From Burkholderiales bacterium GJ-E10 (GTDB taxonomy: Bacteria > Pseudomonadota > Gammaproteobacteria > Burkholderiales > Burkholderiaceae_F): a stretch of DNA of 32,000 nt. The notes below the pieces were generated by a model. The model was not told the DNA's origin and made no database searches. It saw nothing but the letters and a program-made list of their open reading frames with translations. Position numbers and translations under genes: made by a program. Of the stretch, positions 18,454-30,660 are shown piece by piece. The stretch is taken from assembly GCA_000828975.1 (NCBI GenBank), contig AP014683.1, positions 1,537,700-1,569,699 on the forward strand, read 5' to 3'. Numbering within the stretch: the stretch's first letter is position 1; every line of letters starts with the position of its first letter.

Positions 18454-20382
18454 CTACGGCGTCGGATCCTGGCGATTCGCGGCGCTCCCGGGCAACAGAT
18501 CGGGACGCAGGATCTTCACCCCGAATCGGTCGCGCAGCCCTTGCACATAGGCCTCGGCCTCGGCTTCACCCACGCCCGCCATCCATTGGCGCACGCGCCG
18601 CGCCTGGGCCCGCGCATCGCCGGGGGACGCGTCGGACTCCGACAGCACATGGACCACGGCATAGGAACCGTCCGCTTCGGTCACCCCGACGTAGGTCGGC
18701 AGGCTGCCCACCGGCACGTTCATGATGGGTTCGACCGCCGCGCCGGAGAGTTCATCCTGCGTTCCCCGTGCCAGCTCGCGTGGATCCCCAAAGCCGCGAT
18801 CGTCGGGATGCGCGCGCAGCGCGGCCAGGCGCGCCTCGCCCGCCTGGCGCGCCAGCTTGGCGGCCGCCGTCTGCCGCAACTGGGTTTCGACCTCCGCCCG
18901 CACCGCCTCCAGCGGCTGGTCCGCCGCCGGGACGACCTGCATCACATGGACCGACACCAGCGTGTCGTTGCCGACGTCGATCGCCTTGGTGTTGTGATGA
19001 TCCTCGACGGAATCGGGCGCAAACGTCGCCTCCAGCACCGAGGGGGTGAAGATCGCCGCCAGTTCCGGCTGCGCCACGCCGCTGCGCGGGAGGACGTCCA
19101 GGGTATGGAGCGGCAGATGGAATTTGGCCGCCGCGCCGCGCAGGTCGTCGGGGTTCTCGTAGACGAAATCGGAAAACTGCTCCGCCTCGGTGGCAAAGCG
19201 CTTGGCTGCGGCATCCTTGCGCATCCGGGCTTCGATCGCCGCACGCACCGCCTCGAACGGCTTGGCCTGCGCGCCCCGGATCCCGGTGACGCGAATGAGG
19301 TGATACCCGAACGGCGTCTCGACGATGCCGCTGGTTTCGCCATCCTTCAGCGAAAACGCCACCGCCTCGAACGGCTTGGGCATCACCCCGTGCCCGAACC
19401 AGCCGAGATCGCCGCCCTTCGCCGCCGACACCGGGTCCTGCGAATATTTCCGTGCCAGCGCGGCAAACTCCCCCGGATGCGCACGCACCGCCTGCAACAC
19501 CTTCTCGGCGAGGCGATGGGCCTTGTCCTTCTCCGCCGCCGACGCGCCCGGCCGCACCGCGATGAGGATGTGGCTGGCGCGCACCTGCCCGGTCGCCCCC
19601 CAGCGCGCCTTGTGCGCGTCGTATTCGGCGCGCAGCTCGGCTTCCGGGATCGAGATTCCGGCCGCGAGATCGGCCAGGCTCAGCACCAGGTACTGCACCT
19701 TGGCATGCTCGGGACTGCGGTACGCAGCCCGATTCGCATCGTATGCCGCCTTGACGTCGGCATCGGAAATCCGGACCTGGGGAAGATATGCATCCGGCCG
19801 GAACGACAGGACGCGGATCTTCCGGCGCTGGTCGGCCAGCGCGAACAGCCGCTTGGACACCGTCATGGGCAGGAACGCGCTGCCTGCCACACCCGACTCC
19901 AGCACCTGCCGATCGATGTCGGTGCGCAAGCGCGTCTCGAAGTCGCGCTCCTCATAGCCGCGCGCGGTGAGCATCCGCCGATAGAGCACGTAATCGAACC
20001 GGCCGTTGCGCTGGAACTCCGGAATCGACGCGATCGCGTCGCGCAAACGGGCATCGGTGACGACGAGATGGGCCTGCGCCGCCTCGTGGTCCAGCGCCTT
20101 GTCCGACAACAATTCGTCGAGGGCCGCAGCGCGGACCTCGGGTGTGTTGAGCATGTCCGGGTTGACGTTGGGCAGCATCGCCGCCATGCGCGCGATGCGG
20201 TTGCGCACGGCAAAGTCGAGTTCCGGCTGGGAAATCACCTCGCCGCCGACCTTCGCCACGCCGTCGCCCTGGCCGAAGTAGCGGGTAAACCCGTAGATGC
20301 CGGAAAAAATGAACGGGACGAATGCGGCCACCGTCAGAATGGGCAACAGCCAGTTGCGGTGGCGACGAACGGTTTCGAACAT
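18454..20382 (-). CDS. ppiD: Periplasmic chaperone/peptidyl-prolyl isomerase PpiD (SurA-N domain plus parvulin domain)
   Basis: 642 aa from ATG 20382 ([26 protein letters not shown], a TM anchor). Parvulin region: RASHILI...[17 protein letters not shown]. Confidence 0.85.
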   Translation of the reverse strand: MFETVRRHRNWLLPILTVAAFVPFIFSGIYGFTRYFGQGDGVAKVGGEVISQPELDFAVRNRIARMAAMLPNVNPDMLNTPEVRAAALDELLSDKALDHEAAQAHLVVTDARLRDAIASIPEFQRNGRFDYVLYRRMLTARGYEERDFETRLRTDIDRQVLESGVAGSAFLPMTVSKRLFALADQRRKIRVLSFRPDAYLPQVRISDADVKAAYDANRAAYRSPEHAKVQYLVLSLADLAAGISIPEAELRAEYDAHKARWGATGQVRASHILIAVRPGASAAEKDKAHRLAEKVLQAVRAHPGEFAALARKYSQDPVSAAKGGDLGWFGHGVMPKPFEAVAFSLKDGETSGIVETPFGYHLIRVTGIRGAQAKPFEAVRAAIEARMRKDAAAKRFATEAEQFSDFVYENPDDLRGAAAKFHLPLHTLDVLPRSGVAQPELAAIFTPSVLEATFAPDSVEDHHNTKAIDVGNDTLVSVHVMQVVPAADQPLEAVRAEVETQLRQTAAAKLARQAGEARLAALRAHPDDRGFGDPRELARGTQDELSGAAVEPIMNVPVGSLPTYVGVTEADGSYAVVHVLSESDASPGDARAQARRVRQWMAGVGEAEAEAYVQGLRDRFGVKILRPDLLPGSAANRQDPTP

Positions 20383-20534
20383 GGGGTAGCCGTGCAAGGA
20401 TGCCGCCAGCGCCGCCCCCCCGATTCCGATGCTCCGGGAACGCCGCGCCGTCGGTGCGTGTCGACAAAAGACCGCCATGTTACCGGCTTTTCCGAACTCC
20501 GCGCCCGCCGCCGGCTTCCGATCCCGCCTCGCGA

Positions 20535-22919
20535 TCAGGCCGGGTCCGGGCTCCCGCCTCCCGCCACCGGGTGACCGCGAAAGACCACGATCGCGTTGCG
20601 GCCCGCCGCCTTGGCGTCGTACATCGCTTCGTCGGCATGACGAAGCAGATCGCGAGGACCGCGGGCATGCGCGGGATAGAACGCGATGCCGACGCTCGAG
20701 GAAACGGCCAGCGGCCGGCCATCGGCAAGAACGAAGGGCTCCGCCAGCGCCAGACGGATCTTTTCCGCGACCACCAGCGCATCGCCGACCGTGTGGATCT
20801 CCGGCAGTACCGCGACGAATTCATCGCCGCCGATCCGGGCCACGGTATCGGACTGCCGCACACATGCCAGCATCCGGCCGGCCGCGGCCTGCAGAAGCCA
20901 ATCCCCCACTTCATGCCCGTGCTCGTCGTTGATCGGCTTGAACCGGTCGAGATCGATGAACAGCAGCGCCACCAGCGACCGCTTGCGACGCGCCTGGACC
21001 AACAGTTGCTGCAGGCGGTCCTCGAGCAGCCGGCGATTCGGCAGATTCGTCAGCCGGTCGAAATACGCCCAGTGATGGATCCGCTCCTCGGCGGACTTGT
21101 GCTGGGTGATGTCGCGATTGGTTCCGACCATCCGGACCGCGCGGCCGTCGGCGTCGCGCGCGTCGACCTTGCCGCTGCACAGGATCCACTTCCACCCTTC
21201 CGGGCATTGAATCCGGACTTCCTCCTGGAAGAACGCCGCACCGCCGCGGATGGTCGCGGCTGCCGCCCGGACCATCCGCGGGGCGTCCTCGGGATGGACT
21301 CGCCGCATCAACTCCTCCGGAGCGGCCACGGTCTCACCGGGAGCGCCGCCGATCAGTTCGGCCCAGTGTTCGTCGAGCACCACCAGCCCCTCCCGGATGT
21401 CGTATTCCCAGATCGACAACGACGACGCCTCCAGCGCCAGTTCCAGCCGTTCCTTGGCGCGCGCCAGTTCCTCCTCCGCACGCTTGCGATCGGTGATTTC
21501 ATGGTTGCTGACGCGTCGGCCCAGAAACGCGCCGTCGGCGCGGAAGATCGGGCTGCAGCTGTGCGCCAGCCAACGCACCGCTCCCTGCTTCGTGACGATG
21601 CGGAAGTCGATCGAATGATTGGTGTCGTCCCGGTAATGCTCGAGGTGGGTTGCGACCTGCTGCCGGTCATCCGGGTGAACGATGCGTTCGACCAGGCTGG
21701 GGTCGGCAAGAAATTCGGCCTGCGTGTAGCCCGTGACGCGCTCGCACGAGGGCGACATGTAGACGATCCGGCAATTCGGCCCGCGCCAGTACTCCCATTC
21801 ATAGGTGTAGTCGGCCATGGTGCGAAACCGTTCCTCGCTTTCCTCCATGCGCCGGACGAGGGGAAGCGTCTGTACGCGCAGCAGCAGGATCGCGCCGAGC
21901 GCCAGGAGCGGAAACACATAGAGCAGGGGCACCAGCCGATGCACGATGGGCGCGTACAACTGGTCGGCATCGAGGCGCAACACCGACCCGAGCCCGAGCG
22001 TTCCGATCGGTTGGTATGCCACGATCGATGCGACGCCGCGATAATCCCGCGCGCGCGCGACGCCCGACTTCCCTTCCAGGGCATAGTGCATGGGGATGAA
22101 GTGGCCGGCGACGCGATCCGGCAGGTCGCGCAGCACCCGCCCTCCCGCGGAGTGGAGCGGAAAGCAGTCCATGCGCCCGGCCCCCTTCGATGCGCAGACG
22201 GCAAAATCCAGCGTGTCGCCAAAGCGACCGGGGCGGGACAGGCCGCCGACGATTGCCGGATCCAGGCGCCACTCGGCGATCATCGTCCCGACCACCCTCG
22301 GGCCGTCGACCAGTGCGATGCGCGTGCGCAACACGTATCCATCGTCCCAGAGGAGCTTGCTCGGGGTCGGCAGTTCGACCGGCACCGCCAGCGCCGGCGC
22401 AGCAACGAACGTCCCGGAACGGCCGACCTCGATGCCCGCAGTGGTGCGAAACGCCACCGCAGTGAAGCCGGGGGTCCGCAAGCCCCGAACGATGTCCGCC
22501 AGGCGCGCCCGGGCACGGCCATCGCCGGCATTCGCCGCCAGTTGCCGCATGGTTTGGAGCGTCGCTGGTGTGGCGAGCGCCTTGCTGCGCCCCCATGCGC
22601 TGCGGATTTCCGTATTCAGAACGGTCGCACGCCGCTCCAGCGAGAGGGCGAGCCGGCCCTCCATCGCTTCCTTGCCATCCGGAACCAGGATGGCAAATCC
22701 GCCCGCAAGGCCCAGCAGACCCACGGCGACGACGACTCCGGCGGCCACATAGCCGATCCGATCGGCATCCCGCATGTCCTGCGACCGGCGTCCTACGATC
22801 GCACGGACCCGCCGCAGGGCCGCGCCCCGGGTGCCGGCCCCGGAACCACGCTCCGACTGTTCGGCCATCTTCTTCGGTTTCGTACGATCCACCTTCGCGG
22901 CCGCCGGTTCATCCGGCAC
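20535..22919 (-). CDS. Membrane sensor diguanylate cyclase: TM, Cache-like periplasmic domain, TM, PAS, PAS, GGDEF (I-site RxxD present)
   Basis: 794 aa. TM at [25 protein letters not shown]. Cache-like [14 protein letters not shown]. Second [21 protein letters not shown]. Two PAS modules. GGDEF core [20 protein letters not shown] 22919 is preceded by GAGGGG; downstream ATGs (MAEQ, MRDA) are alternative starts. Confidence 0.9.
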   Translation of the reverse strand: MPDEPAAAKVDRTKPKKMAEQSERGSGAGTRGAALRRVRAIVGRRSQDMRDADRIGYVAAGVVVAVGLLGLAGGFAILVPDGKEAMEGRLALSLERRATVLNTEIRSAWGRSKALATPATLQTMRQLAANAGDGRARARLADIVRGLRTPGFTAVAFRTTAGIEVGRSGTFVAAPALAVPVELPTPSKLLWDDGYVLRTRIALVDGPRVVGTMIAEWRLDPAIVGGLSRPGRFGDTLDFAVCASKGAGRMDCFPLHSAGGRVLRDLPDRVAGHFIPMHYALEGKSGVARARDYRGVASIVAYQPIGTLGLGSVLRLDADQLYAPIVHRLVPLLYVFPLLALGAILLLRVQTLPLVRRMEESEERFRTMADYTYEWEYWRGPNCRIVYMSPSCERVTGYTQAEFLADPSLVERIVHPDDRQQVATHLEHYRDDTNHSIDFRIVTKQGAVRWLAHSCSPIFRADGAFLGRRVSNHEITDRKRAEEELARAKERLELALEASSLSIWEYDIREGLVVLDEHWAELIGGAPGETVAAPEELMRRVHPEDAPRMVRAAAATIRGGAAFFQEEVRIQCPEGWKWILCSGKVDARDADGRAVRMVGTNRDITQHKSAEERIHHWAYFDRLTNLPNRRLLEDRLQQLLVQARRKRSLVALLFIDLDRFKPINDEHGHEVGDWLLQAAAGRMLACVRQSDTVARIGGDEFVAVLPEIHTVGDALVVAEKIRLALAEPFVLADGRPLAVSSSVGIAFYPAHARGPRDLLRHADEAMYDAKAAGRNAIVVFRGHPVAGGGSPDPA

Positions 22920-23135
22920 CGCCCCTCAAGTCCGACTCCTCCGACCCTTGCACGAAGGGTATCGCAGCCGGTTGGGCACGCGCGGCCCAAACCGGCTCTC
23001 GACGGCAAAGATAATGACAATCGTTTGCGAAATATCAGCGCGCCACCGGCACAGACACGGCGCGGCGGCGCTCCGCAACCTATGCGGCATGCTGCGAACC
23101 ACAGATCCGGTCTGGCGGATGAGCGGGTGAATCGG

Positions 23136-23171
23136 GGTGTAAGCCGGGGGGTAAGCCGAGGTATAAGCTGA
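23136..23171. repeat. Three tandem degenerate 12-bp units (GGTGTAAGCCGG / GGGGTAAGCCGA / GGTATAAGCTGA)
   Basis: Read directly. Embedded in further direct repeats: ATCGGGG at 23131 and 23191, AGCCGAGGT at 23154 and 23178. Confidence 0.7.
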
Positions 23172-23274
23172 AATCTGAGCCGAGGTGCGGATCGGGGATG
23201 CCCCGTCGCAACGACGCGCCCGGCGAGGTTCGGACAAGCGACGCCGACTTGCCGACGTCGTTCCGTAGAGAAAT

Positions 23275-23351
23275 TGGCGGAGTGGACGGGACTCGAACCC
23301 GCGACCCCCGGCGTGACAGGCCGGTATTCTAACCAACTGAACTACCACTCC
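23275..23351 (-). tRNA. tRNA-Asp (anticodon GTC), CCA encoded
   Basis: Reverse complement GGAGTGGTAGTTCAGTTGGTTAGAATACCGGCCTGTCACGCCGGGGGTCGCGGGTTCGAGTCCCGTCCACTCCGCCA. Folds as a 77-nt cloverleaf with anticodon loop CTGTCAC. Confidence 0.95.
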
Positions 23352-23363
23352 GCGCGGATTACA

Positions 23364-23439
23364 TGGTGGGTGCTGAGAGGCTCGAACTCCCGACCTACGC
23401 CTTGTAAGGGCGCCGCTCTACCAACTGAGCTAAGCACCC
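23364..23439 (-). tRNA. tRNA-Val (anticodon TAC), CCA encoded
   Basis: Reverse complement GGGTGCTTAGCTCAGTTGGTAGAGCGGCGCCCTTACAAGGCGTAGGTCGGGAGTTCGAGCCTCTCAGCACCCACCA. 76 nt, anticodon loop CTTACAA. Confidence 0.95.
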
Positions 23440-23466
23440 CCGCGACTTCGTTGCTCGCGAAGCCCA

Positions 23467-23739
23467 CTAGTTTAGCGCATCTTTCAGCGCTTTGCCAGCG
23501 CGGAACTTCGGGACCTTCGCCGCCTTGATCTTGATCGGCTCATTGGTACGCGGATTGCGGCCGGTGCGCGCCGCACGCTTGGTGACGGCAAACGTGCCAA
23601 ACCCGACCAGGGTCACGGCGTTGCCCTTTTTCAGCGAGGTACGAATCCCGCCGAGCAGCGCGTCCAGCGCACGGCCGGCCGCAGCCTTGGAAATGTCCGC
23701 CTGCCGGGCGATGTGTTCAATCAGTTCGGTCTTGTTCAA
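23467..23739 (-). CDS. hupB: DNA-binding protein HU-beta
   Basis: 90 aa, [11 protein letters not shown]...[29 protein letters not shown] start preceded by GAGGGGG. Confidence 0.93.
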   Translation of the reverse strand: MNKTELIEHIARQADISKAAAGRALDALLGGIRTSLKKGNAVTLVGFGTFAVTKRAARTGRNPRTNEPIKIKAAKVPKFRAGKALKDALN

Positions 23740-23762
23740 GGGTCCCCCTCGGATAACCTGGC

Positions 23763-23782
23763 TTGGATTGGATTGGGTTGGG
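23763..23782. repeat. Pentanucleotide tandem repeat (TTGGA)2(TTGGG)2, which reads (CCCAA)2(TCCAA)2 on the hupB-sense strand
   Basis: Read directly. Lies 24-43 nt upstream of the hupB start, in the probable leader. Confidence 0.7.
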
Positions 23783-23884
23783 TTTATTCTTTTGTGTACT
23801 TCATTTTGCGGCGGGTATTCAACCGCGGCGGAAGGATGGTGTCAAGGCGACGAAACGCCTACCGCCCCTCCGCGATCGTTTCAT

Positions 23885-23914
23885 CGACTGCCGGCGCGAC
23901 CGCGCCGGCAGTCG
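23885..23914 (-). terminator. Long perfect GC hairpin just downstream of lon (probable terminator/attenuator before hupB)
   Basis: CGACTGCCGGCGCG-AC-CGCGCCGGCAGTCG, 14-nt arms, 13 nt after the lon stop. No clear U-tract. Confidence 0.45.
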
Positions 23915-23927
23915 ATGGCGACCCGGT

Positions 23928-26372
<2,445 letters not shown>

Positions 26373-26405
26373 GGTAGTGGTTCCTGCAAGGGGTTACTGC
26401 GGGGA

Positions 26406-26433
26406 ATGTGGGGACGATGGCGCGCAGATCAAG
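26406..26433 (-). promoter_or_regulatory. sigma32 (RpoH)-type heat-shock promoter upstream of lon
   Basis: Minus strand reads CTTGAT (26433-26428), 14 nt spacer, CCCCACAT (26413-26406). Same architecture as the clpB site. Lies about 34 nt upstream of the lon GTG. Confidence 0.55.
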
Positions 26434-26535
26434 ACGGGCGAGCGCGCCCCACCCCGGCCGCTGCGGCGGCCGACCGGCCGGAACGGGCCGGGTGCGGAGG
26501 ATCGTCCGCAACGCAGCCCGGCCACGCCCGCCCGG

Positions 26536-27795
26536 TTACGCCCCGGCCACCTTCGGCTGCTCGGCGTAGACGACGATCGGCTGTCCCTCCTGCACCGACT
26601 TTTCATCCACCACGACCTTCTCGACATTGCTCATCCCCGGGAGATCGAACATGATGTCGAGCAGCACCGACTCGACGATCGAGCGCAGGCCGCGCGCGCC
26701 GGTCCGGCGGGAGCGCGCACGCCGCGCGATCTCCTGCAGCGCATCCGGCCGCACCTCGAGTTCGACGCCCTCCATCGCGAAGAGACGGCGGAACTGCTTG
26801 ACCAGCGCATTCTTGGGTTCGACGAGAATTTCGACCAGCGCCTCCTGCCCGAGTTCGTCGAGCGTGGCGACGACCGGCAGGCGCCCGACCAGTTCCGGGA
26901 TCAGACCGAACTTGACCAGGTCGTCCGGCTGGACGTCGCGCAGCAATTCCCCGACCGCACGGTCGCTGGGGGAGGAAATCTCGGCCCCGAAGCCGATGCC
27001 GCTCTTCTCCGAGCGGTTGCGGATGACCTTTTCCAGCCCGTCGAAGGCGCCGCCGCAGATGAACAGGATGTTCGTGGTGTCGATCTGGACGAAATCCTGG
27101 TTCGGATGCTTGCGCCCGCCCTGCGGCGGAACGCTGGCGATCGTCCCCTCGATCAGTTTGAGCAGCGCCTGCTGCACGCCCTCGCCGGAGACGTCGCGGG
27201 TGATCGACGGGTTGTCCGACTTGCGCGAGATCTTGTCGATCTCGTCGATGTAGACGATGCCGCGCTGCGCCTTTTCAATGTCGTAGTTGCAGTTCTGCAG
27301 CAACTTCTGGATGATGTTTTCGACGTCTTCGCCGACATACCCCGCTTCGGTGAGCGTCGTGGCATCGGCGATGACGAACGGCACATTGAGCAGCCGCGCA
27401 AGCGTCTGCGCGAGCAGGGTCTTTCCCGACCCCGTCGGACCGATGAGCAGGATGTTGCTCTTGGCCAGTTCGACATCGTCTTTCGACGACATGTGCCGCA
27501 GGCGCTTGTAGTGGTTGTAGACCGCGACCGCGAGGATGCGCTTGGCCTTTTCCTGGCCGATCACATACTGGTCGAGGATGGCGCAGATCTCTTTCGGAAT
27601 CGGCAGATCGCCACGCGCGCCACCCGCCTCCGCGCCGGTTCCGACCTCGTCGCGAATGATGTCATTGCACAGATCGATGCACTCGTCGCAGATGAACACC
27701 GAGGGGCCAGCGATGAGTTTCTTCACCTCATGCTGGCTTTTGCCGCAGAACGAGCAGTAGAGCACACGTTCGCCCGAATTCTTCTTTTCCGCCAT
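26536..27795 (-). CDS. clpX: ATP-dependent Clp protease ATP-binding subunit ClpX
   Basis: 419 aa from ATG 27795. Zinc finger [26 protein letters not shown] and Walker A GPTGSGKT. Confidence 0.97.
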   Translation of the reverse strand: MAEKKNSGERVLYCSFCGKSQHEVKKLIAGPSVFICDECIDLCNDIIRDEVGTGAEAGGARGDLPIPKEICAILDQYVIGQEKAKRILAVAVYNHYKRLRHMSSKDDVELAKSNILLIGPTGSGKTLLAQTLARLLNVPFVIADATTLTEAGYVGEDVENIIQKLLQNCNYDIEKAQRGIVYIDEIDKISRKSDNPSITRDVSGEGVQQALLKLIEGTIASVPPQGGRKHPNQDFVQIDTTNILFICGGAFDGLEKVIRNRSEKSGIGFGAEISSPSDRAVGELLRDVQPDDLVKFGLIPELVGRLPVVATLDELGQEALVEILVEPKNALVKQFRRLFAMEGVELEVRPDALQEIARRARSRRTGARGLRSIVESVLLDIMFDLPGMSNVEKVVVDEKSVQEGQPIVVYAEQPKVAGA

Positions 27796-27868
27796 GGGAC
27801 GCCCCCCAACTTCTTCTTCGCCGGCACGATCCGTGCAGCCAGCGGGCAACCCGCCGGCCGCTCGCGGG

Positions 27869-28507
27869 TCACTCTCCGCGCTTGACGAAGATCTTGTCCA
27901 CCAATCCGTAGCTTACTGCATCATCCGCCGACATGAAGTTGTCCCGGTCGGTGTCCTTGGCGATGCGCTCGACCGGCTGCCCGGTACGCTCGGCAAGGAT
28001 CGCATTCAGCCGCTCCCGCAGCGACAGAATTTCCCGCGCCTGGATTTCGATGTCGGTCGCCTGGCCCTGCGAGCCGCCGGACGGCTGGTGAATCATGATG
28101 CGCGAGTTCGGCAGAGCGTAGCGCTTGCCCTTGGCTCCCGCCGCCAGGAGAAAGGCGCCCATGCTCGCCGCCATCCCCACGCAGATCGTCGAGACGTCGG
28201 GCTTGATGAACTGCATGGTGTCGTAGATCGCCATGCCCGCATACACCGAGCCGCCGGGAGAGTTGATGTACAGCGAGATGTCCTTGTCCGGGTTCTCCGA
28301 CTCCAGGAACAGCAACTGCGCCACGACCACGTTGGCCGTCGCCTCATTGACCGGACCGACGAGAAATACCACCCGATCGCGCAGCAGGCGCGAATAGATG
28401 TCGTACGCGCGCTCGCCGCGGCCGCTCTGCTCGATGACCATCGGCACATAGTTCAGGCCCATCGGCGTCTGCCACTGCGCGGCCCCCTCGGTCGCAAACC
28501 GGCTCAT
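27869..28507 (-). CDS. clpP: ATP-dependent Clp protease proteolytic subunit ClpP
   Basis: Contains [22 protein letters not shown]...[11 protein letters not shown] (Ser) ...IMIHQP (His). ATG 28507 lies 4 nt after the tig stop, with AAGGGG upstream. The track start 28525 would overlap tig. Confidence 0.93.
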   Translation of the reverse strand: MSRFATEGAAQWQTPMGLNYVPMVIEQSGRGERAYDIYSRLLRDRVVFLVGPVNEATANVVVAQLLFLESENPDKDISLYINSPGGSVYAGMAIYDTMQFIKPDVSTICVGMAASMGAFLLAAGAKGKRYALPNSRIMIHQPSGGSQGQATDIEIQAREILSLRERLNAILAERTGQPVERIAKDTDRDNFMSADDAVSYGLVDKIFVKRGE

Positions 28508-28511
28508 CGCA

Positions 28512-29810
28512 TCACCCCTTCGCACCTTCCATCAATTCGTCGAACGATACCGCGAGATCCGAAACCTTGGCGTGCTGCAAGACCCATTCAACCACATTGT
28601 CTTCCAGCACCGCCGCCTCGACTTCGGCCATGCGTTCGCGGTTGCCCAGATACCACTGCATCACCTCGCCCGGGCGCTCGTAGCTGCCGGCGATGGTTTC
28701 GAGCGTCTGGCGCACCTGGTCGCGCGTCGCATGCAGCTTCTGGGCCCGGATGATCTCCCCGACGACGAGCGAGATCCGCACGCGCCGTTCCGCCGCCGCC
28801 GCGAACACCTCCAGCGCCGGAAACTCCTTCCCGCCCCGTGCCGCGATCTCGGCCTGCGCCATGCTCCGCAGCGATTCCTGCTCCTCGGCGATCAGCGCCC
28901 GCGGCAGGTCGAAACGCGCCACCCGCTCCAGGGCGTCCATCACGCTGTCGCGCGTGCGGCGGCGCAGGCGCGCCGTCACCTCGCGCTCGACATTGGCGCG
29001 CACTTCCGCCCGCATGCGGTCCAGGTCGCCGTCCGCGATCCCCACCTGGCGCGCAAACTCGGCGTCCAGTTCCGGCAGCACCCGCTCCCGCACTTCCTTG
29101 AGCGTGATGTCGAAGTGCGCGGTCTTGCCCGCCACGTCCTTGCCGAAATAATCATCCGGGAAGGTCACCGCAACGCTGCGGGTCTCGCCCTTGGTCATGC
29201 CGCGCACGGCGCCTTCGAACTCCGGCAGCATCCGACCGGCGCCCAGTTCGAAGCGGAAATCCTCTGCCGCGCCGCCCGGAAATGCATTGCCGTCGATCAC
29301 GCCGTGAAAATCGATGGTCGCGAGATCCCCGTCGGCAGCCGCGCGTTCGACCGGATCGAAGTGGCTGCGCTGGCGCCGCATCACGGCGATGGTCTTCTCG
29401 ACCTCGTCGTCGCCGACCGGGCAGACAGCGCGCTGGACATCGACCTGCGACACATCCACCGTGCCGACCTCGGGATAGACCTCAAAAGTGGCCCGGAACG
29501 CGAGGTGGCCGTCATCGGCCTCCGCGCGGGGCTCGATGTGCGCCCGGCCCGCGATGCGCAGATTGCCCTGCGTCAACACGCCCGACAACGCCTCGCCGAT
29601 CTTGTCGTTGATCACTTCGGCATGGACCTGTGCGCCATGCGTCTGCGCAACCAGCTTCATCGGCACCTTGCCGCGCCGGAACCCCGGCATGGTCGTTTCG
29701 CGCGCCAACCGCGCCAGCCGCTGGGAGACTTCGGTCGCGACCGCATCCGCGGCCACGCTCAGATCGACACGGCGTTCCAACGCGCCGACGGACTCGATAT
29801 TTGCCTGCAT
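28512..29810 (-). CDS. tig: Trigger factor
   Basis: 432 aa from ATG 29810 ([19 protein letters not shown]...PGFRRGKVP). The track ORF extends spuriously to 30182. Confidence 0.93.
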   Translation of the reverse strand: MQANIESVGALERRVDLSVAADAVATEVSQRLARLARETTMPGFRRGKVPMKLVAQTHGAQVHAEVINDKIGEALSGVLTQGNLRIAGRAHIEPRAEADDGHLAFRATFEVYPEVGTVDVSQVDVQRAVCPVGDDEVEKTIAVMRRQRSHFDPVERAAADGDLATIDFHGVIDGNAFPGGAAEDFRFELGAGRMLPEFEGAVRGMTKGETRSVAVTFPDDYFGKDVAGKTAHFDITLKEVRERVLPELDAEFARQVGIADGDLDRMRAEVRANVEREVTARLRRRTRDSVMDALERVARFDLPRALIAEEQESLRSMAQAEIAARGGKEFPALEVFAAAAERRVRISLVVGEIIRAQKLHATRDQVRQTLETIAGSYERPGEVMQWYLGNRERMAEVEAAVLEDNVVEWVLQHAKVSDLAVSFDELMEGAKG

Positions 29811-30142
29811 CTTTCTGGGAATGCGGATCCGGAAACCGGAGCGCCGCTCATCAACGATTGATCGGAAAGGGTGCAAAAGGGAGCCGGGCCCGGCATACCG
29901 CGCCTCGGCGCGAAGTCCGGACCGATTCCGGCCCCGGATTTCCTCCGCCCGCGAAAAACGGCGCTCGCCCTCCACCCGCAAGAGCGGGATCTTAGCAGTC
30001 CGGCAGGCCCGAAACCGGCATTCCGGAAACCATTTCGCACCGACGCTCGCGAAACCGTGTCCGGCACGCGTCCACCACGGCGGGGGTCGCAGGGTCGCTC
30101 GGGGTGGTAGAGGGCGGTCGCAATGGCGGCCGCTGCATGCAA

Positions 30143-30175
30143 GCGGGCCCGGGGGAAACACTCCCCCGGGCCCGC
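30143..30175 (-). terminator. Strong 13-bp perfect hairpin after the small ORF (likely intrinsic terminator)
   Basis: GCGGGCCCGGGGG-AAACACT-CCCCCGGGCCCGC, about 50 nt downstream of the ORF stop at 30227. On the minus strand it is followed by TTGCATGC, a weak U-tract. Confidence 0.55.
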
Positions 30176-30226
30176 TCGGCATCCTGTGGCACCCGCGCGG
30201 CGACGCGGGCTGCCGTGGCGGCCCGG

Positions 30227-30418
30227 TCAGGCCTTGGTGTTGACGATCTGGCCGGTGACTTGGCCATTGAGGTTGGCGACCGGCGCGGAGACATGGCCTC
30301 CCCCGCCGGCGCTGCCGTCGCCATCGCCGTCGAAGCCGCTGGGTTGTTGAGGACGCGCGGGCGCCGCTTGACTCTGGATTGCGGTCGCCTGGGTTGCGGC
30401 AGCGGACGAAACCTGCAT
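30227..30418 (-). CDS. Small hypothetical protein (63 aa), Ala/Gln-rich N-terminus, Gly/Asp-rich centre (FDGDGDGS)
   Basis: ATG 30418 has AAGGA 6 nt upstream. Protein: MQVSSAAATQATAIQSQAAPARPQQPSGFDGDGDGSAGGGGHVSAPVANLNGQVTGQIVNTKA. A strong hairpin lies downstream. I do not recognise a family. Confidence 0.5.
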   Translation of the reverse strand: MQVSSAAATQATAIQSQAAPARPQQPSGFDGDGDGSAGGGGHVSAPVANLNGQVTGQIVNTKA

Positions 30419-30522
30419 GATGGATCCTTTCAAAAGGGGTTGATCAGGCACTCCCTTTCGCGATATCGGACCCGGCGCCGCAATCTTGAGTGTTGCAGTA
30501 GGATTATTAACGACCATTAAGC

Positions 30523-30545
30523 GATTCCGTGGAAACTACGGAATC
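30523..30545 (-). terminator. 8-bp hairpin just downstream of tRNA-Leu
   Basis: GATTCCGT-GGAAACT-ACGGAATC, about 30 nt past the tRNA 3' end. No U-tract after it. Confidence 0.3.
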
Positions 30546-30575
30546 CGTTCCATGGCAGCAAGAAAACAAGGAGAC

Positions 30576-30660
30576 TGGTGCGCCCGGTCAGACTCGAACT
30601 GACAAGCCAAAAGGCGACGGCACCTAAAGCCGTTGCGGTTACCAATTTCGCCACGGGCGC
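30576..30660 (-). tRNA. tRNA-Leu (anticodon TAG), class II long variable arm, CCA encoded
   Basis: Reverse complement GCGCCCGTGGCGAAATTGGTAACCGCAACGGCTTTAGGTGCCGTCGCCTTTTGGCTTGTCAGTTCGAGTCTGACCGGGCGCACCA. 85 nt, anticodon loop TTTAGGT. Confidence 0.93.

Noticed and set aside
20492-20515. CCGAACTCCGCGCCCGCCGCCGGC resembles the T-arm/variable region of tRNA-Asp (CGAACCCGCGACCCCCGGCG). It could have been an att-type direct repeat delimiting an island that contains the cyclase.
   Set aside because: The match is gapped and made of GC-rich low-information sequence. It does not include the tRNA 3' acceptor end that real att sites normally carry. No integrase is present.
22926-23348. 140-aa minus-strand ORF upstream of the diguanylate cyclase.
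   Set aside because: It overlaps tRNA-Asp and the short-repeat region, has no recognisable domain and no RBS.
28508-28525. Longer clpP start (MRRGDA..., 28525).
   Set aside because: It would overlap the last codons of tig. ATG 28507 has a proper AAGGGG SD and matches the usual ClpP propeptide length.
30419-30517. Longer 96-aa version of the small ORF starting at 30517.
   Set aside because: The upstream 33 codons cover the AT-rich promoter-like patch and have no SD. The internal ATG 30418 has a well-spaced AAGGA.
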